A DNA stretch of 64,000 nucleotides from an uncultured Candidatus Saccharibacteria bacterium (GTDB taxonomy: Bacteria; Patescibacteriota; Minisyncoccia; 2-02-FULL-40-12; GWA2-44-9): positions 26,425-90,424 of the forward strand of contig CAZENF010000003.1 in the NCBI GenBank assembly GCA_964513645.1, written 5' to 3'. How positions within the stretch are numbered: position 1 is the stretch's first letter; each line of letters opens with the position of its first letter. The position numbers and the translations under genes were made by a program. The notes under the pieces were generated by a model. The model saw only the letters and a list, made by a program, of their open reading frames with translations. It was not told the DNA's origin and searched no databases. Below are positions 60,355-64,000 of this stretch, one piece after another.

Positions 60355-61025
60355 TTCAATTCGACTTTGTAAAAATGCTCTGGCCGCTGTGGGTGCTTAT
60401 AGGAGTGCTTGTAGTTACTCGCGTTGTTATTGAAGTGGTCATACCTGACCTTTTTCATAGTTGGCAAAACCGAAGGAAGTTTCGTGCAGGAGAGAAATGG
60501 CGTTCTGATAGAGAGCTCTTACAGTGGCTCCGCGGCATGAAGCCGGCAGAGTTTGAGGATTATATTGCCGACCTCTTTTCTCGTTTGGGATATAAGACAC
60601 AAGCCACTGGTAAATCACACGATGGAGGCATTGATGTTATTGCAGAGAAAGACGGCAAGACAAGCTATATTCAATGCAAGAAATTCATCACTCAAGAGGT
60701 TACTGTTGGAGCGGTCCGAGATTTCTACGGCGCTTTGGTTGACCATGTGGGTAATGGCAAAGGTTATTTCATCACTACAAATAAATTTACCCTTGAGGCC
60801 GAGAAATTCGCCGAGGATAAGCCGATTGAGCTCGTAGATGGGTTTGACCTTGTTCGCTATATCCGCATGACAAATAAAGATACCGAGACCCTGAAAACTA
60901 TCCAAACAACACCCACTAAATGCCCGGAGGATGGTGGCACGCTTGTAGAGCGCACAGGTAAATTCGGAAAATTCTTGGGTTGCTCAAATTATCCAAAGTG
61001 TCGTTATACCGCGGCAATCAAATGA
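60351..61025 (+). CDS. membrane-anchored Mrr-type restriction endonuclease catalytic domain with C-terminal topoisomerase-type C4 zinc ribbon
   Basis: N-terminal TM helix. Mrr_cat pattern (FEDYIADLFSRLGY...SHDGGIDVIAEKDGKTSYIQCKKF...VRDFYGAL...GYFITTNKFT). CPEDGG...CSNYPKC zinc ribbon. Confidence 0.65.
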   Translation: MIQFDFVKMLWPLWVLIGVLVVTRVVIEVVIPDLFHSWQNRRKFRAGEKWRSDRELLQWLRGMKPAEFEDYIADLFSRLGYKTQATGKSHDGGIDVIAEKDGKTSYIQCKKFITQEVTVGAVRDFYGALVDHVGNGKGYFITTNKFTLEAEKFAEDKPIELVDGFDLVRYIRMTNKDTETLKTIQTTPTKCPEDGGTLVERTGKFGKFLGCSNYPKCRYTAAIK

Positions 61026-61026
61026 C

Positions 61027-62688
61027 ATGGAAAAAGATTTTTTATTGTTCAATGATTTTTTCAAAAAATTTGATGAGCTTGGAAAAGGAGAATGGATAAC
61101 CGCTTACTCATCGAACGACAGAGATAACCCAAAAGAGTGGGCCACTTTTTTCTGCGCCCTTGTTTCCAATAGCCACATTGAGAAGTCCTTGAAAGACCCA
61201 TCGTGGGATTTGACCATTGGTAGAGGTTTGCCCGGCTTTTCTTTTACATGGAAAGATGGCAAACAAATAGGTAGTTATTCAAAGATTGCAGATGAAGGTA
61301 TAGAGCCGCTCGTGATGAGTCGAAGTTTTCATGGAATGAAAGATGGTTACTGGGAGGTTTCGGAAGAATTTCGCTATTACTTCAACCTCTACGAAGACAA
61401 AAGAAATAACAAATTTATTTTGATTGATGATAATGGGGATGATGAAGATGTAATTTCAATGTCAGAGAATGAAATAAGAATCAAAACCCGTCTTATCAAA
61501 GAATTTGCGGCTGCCAAAAAGATGCACCTTGCCATATTTTTTGATTTCATCAGATTTTCCCCGAAAACCATTGAAGAATTGGACATCAAGGAATACCACG
61601 AGCATAAAACAGGCGCGGACTTCGTGTATTCAATCGGTGCAAGGAATTGGGATGGATTCGGAGAAGATGGCAGAAAATCAAATGGTTTTCTGATGGGCAA
61701 GAAGCTAATCCCCGGTCTGAAAGATTTTGCTCCAAAAATGTTTGATTACGAGAATAAACAGTATGCAGATTTCGCTATTGGTGTTGATGAGAATGGAAAA
61801 GAAATAAATTTCACTTCTGACGAAGAGAAGTTGGCTAACTACTTCGGAAAAAATAAAGGTGCCCCACTTTATGTAACTCCAGTATTTTTCAAGAAAGAAG
61901 TGCTATCAAAATACTACTCGCAGCCAGAAAAATACTCGGTTGAAGATGGCTACCTGCGTTGTGGAGGCATGTGGGGCTTGCGAATGGATGATAATCACCC
62001 GAATTTTGTTATGGTATTTCTCGGTGATTTGGGGCACTTGTCCTACAAAGAGCAGCTCTATTGGAAAGGTTTCAATGTGGCCACAAAAGAAAAGATAAGC
62101 TACACCGCTTTTACGAGAAGTTTTGAAGGTCAATTTTCAGACCCAGAAAACCCTGCCTTATTTTTCAAACAAAAACTTGATTCCTTCCAGAAGGAGTGGG
62201 AGAAAAAATTTGCTTGGAAACTTTTCCGCCCATTATCTCAAGGTGATGAACATCATCTCAAGACACTGCGAGTGCCTTTGACAAACGAACAAAAAGAGTT
62301 TGATGAGCAAATTCTTTCGCTAACAAAAGTTTTTATAGATTCACTCAACGAACAAGAATTGGCGAAAGGACTGGTATTGAAAGACGGTGCAAAGGGCCTT
62401 GATAAGTTGGAAGTGTTTTTTCAGTCCAAAAATGTAAGATTTCGCGGCATGATTGAATTTTTGCGTGACCTACAAGAGTTGAGGTCAACAGGCGTTGCTC
62501 ATCTGAAAGGCAGTAAATACGATAAAATCAAGACAACTTTTGGTATTGGCCAAAAGGACTTGTCCAAAGTTTTCGTTGATATTTTAGTAAACTGTATAAC
62601 CACAATGAATTCTTTGGAAAATCATTTTGTTCAAAAGGATGAACATTTGAAAGCTGTCCCCGGTATATCATCAGACAAGAGCCAATAG
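61027..62688 (+). CDS. hypothetical 553-aa protein with C-terminal HEPN-like Rx5H motif
   Basis: ELRSTGVAHLKG near the C-terminus. Translationally coupled to the upstream genes (2-nt spacing). No other motif recognised. Confidence 0.4.
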   Translation: MEKDFLLFNDFFKKFDELGKGEWITAYSSNDRDNPKEWATFFCALVSNSHIEKSLKDPSWDLTIGRGLPGFSFTWKDGKQIGSYSKIADEGIEPLVMSRSFHGMKDGYWEVSEEFRYYFNLYEDKRNNKFILIDDNGDDEDVISMSENEIRIKTRLIKEFAAAKKMHLAIFFDFIRFSPKTIEELDIKEYHEHKTGADFVYSIGARNWDGFGEDGRKSNGFLMGKKLIPGLKDFAPKMFDYENKQYADFAIGVDENGKEINFTSDEEKLANYFGKNKGAPLYVTPVFFKKEVLSKYYSQPEKYSVEDGYLRCGGMWGLRMDDNHPNFVMVFLGDLGHLSYKEQLYWKGFNVATKEKISYTAFTRSFEGQFSDPENPALFFKQKLDSFQKEWEKKFAWKLFRPLSQGDEHHLKTLRVPLTNEQKEFDEQILSLTKVFIDSLNEQELAKGLVLKDGAKGLDKLEVFFQSKNVRFRGMIEFLRDLQELRSTGVAHLKGSKYDKIKTTFGIGQKDLSKVFVDILVNCITTMNSLENHFVQKDEHLKAVPGISSDKSQ

Positions 62689-62846
62689 CTGACTAACTTG
62701 GCTTATTACAAGGTCAGGAACAGGCACGGCTCTGGACCAATCGTAAGTTCGAAACGCGTGCTGCCATGCGAGCAAGACAAGACAGCTTTAGAACTTTACA
62801 AAATACAGCCAAAGCGGTATTTTGTTTATAGTTTTTAAGGGAGAGA

Positions 62847-63149
62847 GTGTATATGAACAGATCCTTAAATCTTGGTAAGCAGAATCAGTATAGAGAGATT
62901 TACCTTGAAGTGCATCGAAGAATGGTTGCTTGCGGCCTTGAAAGAGAGAGTTTGGCAGCAATGGCAAGGGCTCTACAACACGAACTCCTGTGTCCGAGTG
63001 ATACGATATCAAATGCTAAACCTCTTGAAGTTATAATGAGAGCCGTTACTGCAGTTCTTGAGGGAGATCCTGAATCAGCAAATTATATAAAGGAAAAACT
63101 AATTTTAGGTGGTAATGATTTATTAAATGATTTACCTAATACCGACTAA
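62847..63149 (+). CDS. hypothetical protein
   Basis: ORF followed by a terminator. Confidence 0.3.
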   Translation: MYMNRSLNLGKQNQYREIYLEVHRRMVACGLERESLAAMARALQHELLCPSDTISNAKPLEVIMRAVTAVLEGDPESANYIKEKLILGGNDLLNDLPNTD

Positions 63150-63165
63150 CGTCGGTTTTTATTTT
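63141..63165 (+). terminator. rho-independent terminator
   Basis: accgac-taa-cgtcggt followed by ttttatttt. Confidence 0.6.
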
Positions 63166-63223
63166 GCTCGAGACGTGTTGGAGAGTAAAAATAAACAATA
63201 GCTTAAAAACCCTCCTTAAAACA

Positions 63224-63250
63224 AAATCCCTGTACGGGGATTTTATTTTT
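63224..63250. terminator. hairpin terminator for the convergent helicase gene
   Basis: aaaatccc-tgtacg-gggatttt flanked by T-runs. Confidence 0.5.
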
Positions 63251-63260
63251 TGGAAATTGT

Positions 63261-63998
63261 TTACCTCGACCTGCTCCTTCTCCAGCGGGGAGGGCCTTTT
63301 CGTAAGTAGCTGTTGCGTCCGAATCTTTTAGGAGGTGCATCTGATAGGAATGTCTGGCCGCCATGAGATTTTACCGGAATTTCTTTTCTAACTAACCGTT
63401 CTATGTCCCGAACATCACGTTTTTGGTCGGGCATGGCAAATGAAATGGCTTTTCCGCTGTCTCCGGCTCTGCCTGTCCGGCCGATCCGGTGGACATAATC
63501 CTGCACATTATCGGGTAATTCAAAATTTATTACCATTTTAATTCCCCGGACATCTATGCCACGGGCGGCAATGTCAGTGGCGACTAAAATACGATATGCG
63601 CCGGATTTGAATCCTGACATCGCGGCCATTCTCTGGCTTAGTGAGCGGTCTGAATGAATTTCGACTGCTTTGTAGTGCATGTCCTGGAGGGCTCCGCAAA
63701 CTTTGCGGGCGCCATGACGGGTGCGCGTGAACAATAATACTTGCCCGGGATTTTCTTCCAGAATTTTTAAAAGTAAAGGAAACCTGTCTTGTTTTTGAAC
63801 CAGAAATATTTCCTGGTCAACCAATTCGGCTGCAGTTCCGGCCGGAGCAACTTCAACCCGGACCGGCGAGGTCATATATGCGGCGGATATCTTAACTATC
63901 TCACTGGGCATGGTAGCCGAGAACAACATTGCCTGACGCTCTTGAGGTATAAGACTGAATATTTTTCTTATTTGAGGCTCAAAGCCGATATCAAGCAT
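63261..63998 (-). CDS. DEAD-box RNA helicase, C-terminal part (N-terminus lies beyond the window end)
   Basis: Motif VI HRIGRTGRAG and a basic C-terminal tail. The ORF is open at the window edge. Confidence 0.8.
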   Translation of the reverse strand: MLDIGFEPQIRKIFSLIPQERQAMLFSATMPSEIVKISAAYMTSPVRVEVAPAGTAAELVDQEIFLVQKQDRFPLLLKILEENPGQVLLFTRTRHGARKVCGALQDMHYKAVEIHSDRSLSQRMAAMSGFKSGAYRILVATDIAARGIDVRGIKMVINFELPDNVQDYVHRIGRTGRAGDSGKAISFAMPDQKRDVRDIERLVRKEIPVKSHGGQTFLSDAPPKRFGRNSYLRKGPPRWRRSRSR

Positions 63999-64000
63999 AC

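Larger units (their letters stand above)
50420..62700. mobile_element. integrated element / defense island at the tRNA locus (serine recombinase, phage-like small genes, Xis-like HTH, Type III R-M, nuclease module)
   Basis: Recombinase abutting the tRNA, small phage-like ORFs on the minus strand, an HTH_17 excisionase-like gene, and R-M and nuclease genes. Conserved-function genes resume at 63261 (DEAD-box helicase). The right boundary is not defined by any detectable repeat. Confidence 0.55.

Noticed and set aside
62689-62850. Search for a direct repeat of the tRNA 3' end (attR) at the right edge of the island
   Set aside because: There is only a weak gttcga-containing resemblance (62744-62775). 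Serine recombinases do not generate long direct repeats, so the right boundary remains undefined instead of being falsely assigned.

Overview
This 64 kb window looks like a contiguous chromosomal region from a probably uncultivated bacterium (taxonomy not determinable from the sequence). It is a mostly housekeeping backbone interrupted near its 3' end by a ~12 kb integrated element. The backbone carries RNase J, tRNA-Leu(CAG), an SBP_bac_5 binding protein, SecG, UvrC, a MoxR/DUF58/vWA (Bat-like) operon, a PQQ beta-propeller protein, a Ctp S41 peptidase, a CIRCE-controlled groES-groEL, LemA-HtpX, tRNA-Ser(GGA), Bcp peroxiredoxin, a deaminase, a large 1090-aa secreted multidomain protein, the dnaG-rpoD operon, two ABC export systems, tdk and a thermonuclease. 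Beginning at a tRNA (best read as Asn-GUU) whose anticodon loop is split by a ~186-nt group I intron with Azoarcus/IC3-like P7, R and S elements, the window turns into the integrated element. This element encodes a large serine recombinase whose ORF runs antisense through the tRNA, phage-like small genes (TerS-like, winged-helix replication-like, an Xis-like HTH), a Type III restriction-modification pair (Mod, Res), and a tightly coupled three-gene module made of a HARE-HTH PD-(D/E)xK nuclease, a membrane-anchored Mrr-cat with a topo Zn-ribbon, and a 553-aa protein with a C-terminal Rx5H HEPN-like motif. That three-gene module is the best candidate here for an undescribed defense system. A separate finding is a ~155-nt structured repeat present twice (918-1073, downstream of a hypothetical gene and abutting the RNase J stop, and 19591-19753, filling the groES-groEL spacer) with compensatory base changes in two hairpins. 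Two paralogous secreted-protein genes (50-841 and 39049-39822) share a near-identical 61-nt block, and a ~120-nt near-perfect hairpin follows the second paralog. No CRISPR array and no rRNA were found. All calls rest on motif recognition by eye, and coordinates of RNA elements are approximate to a few nt.
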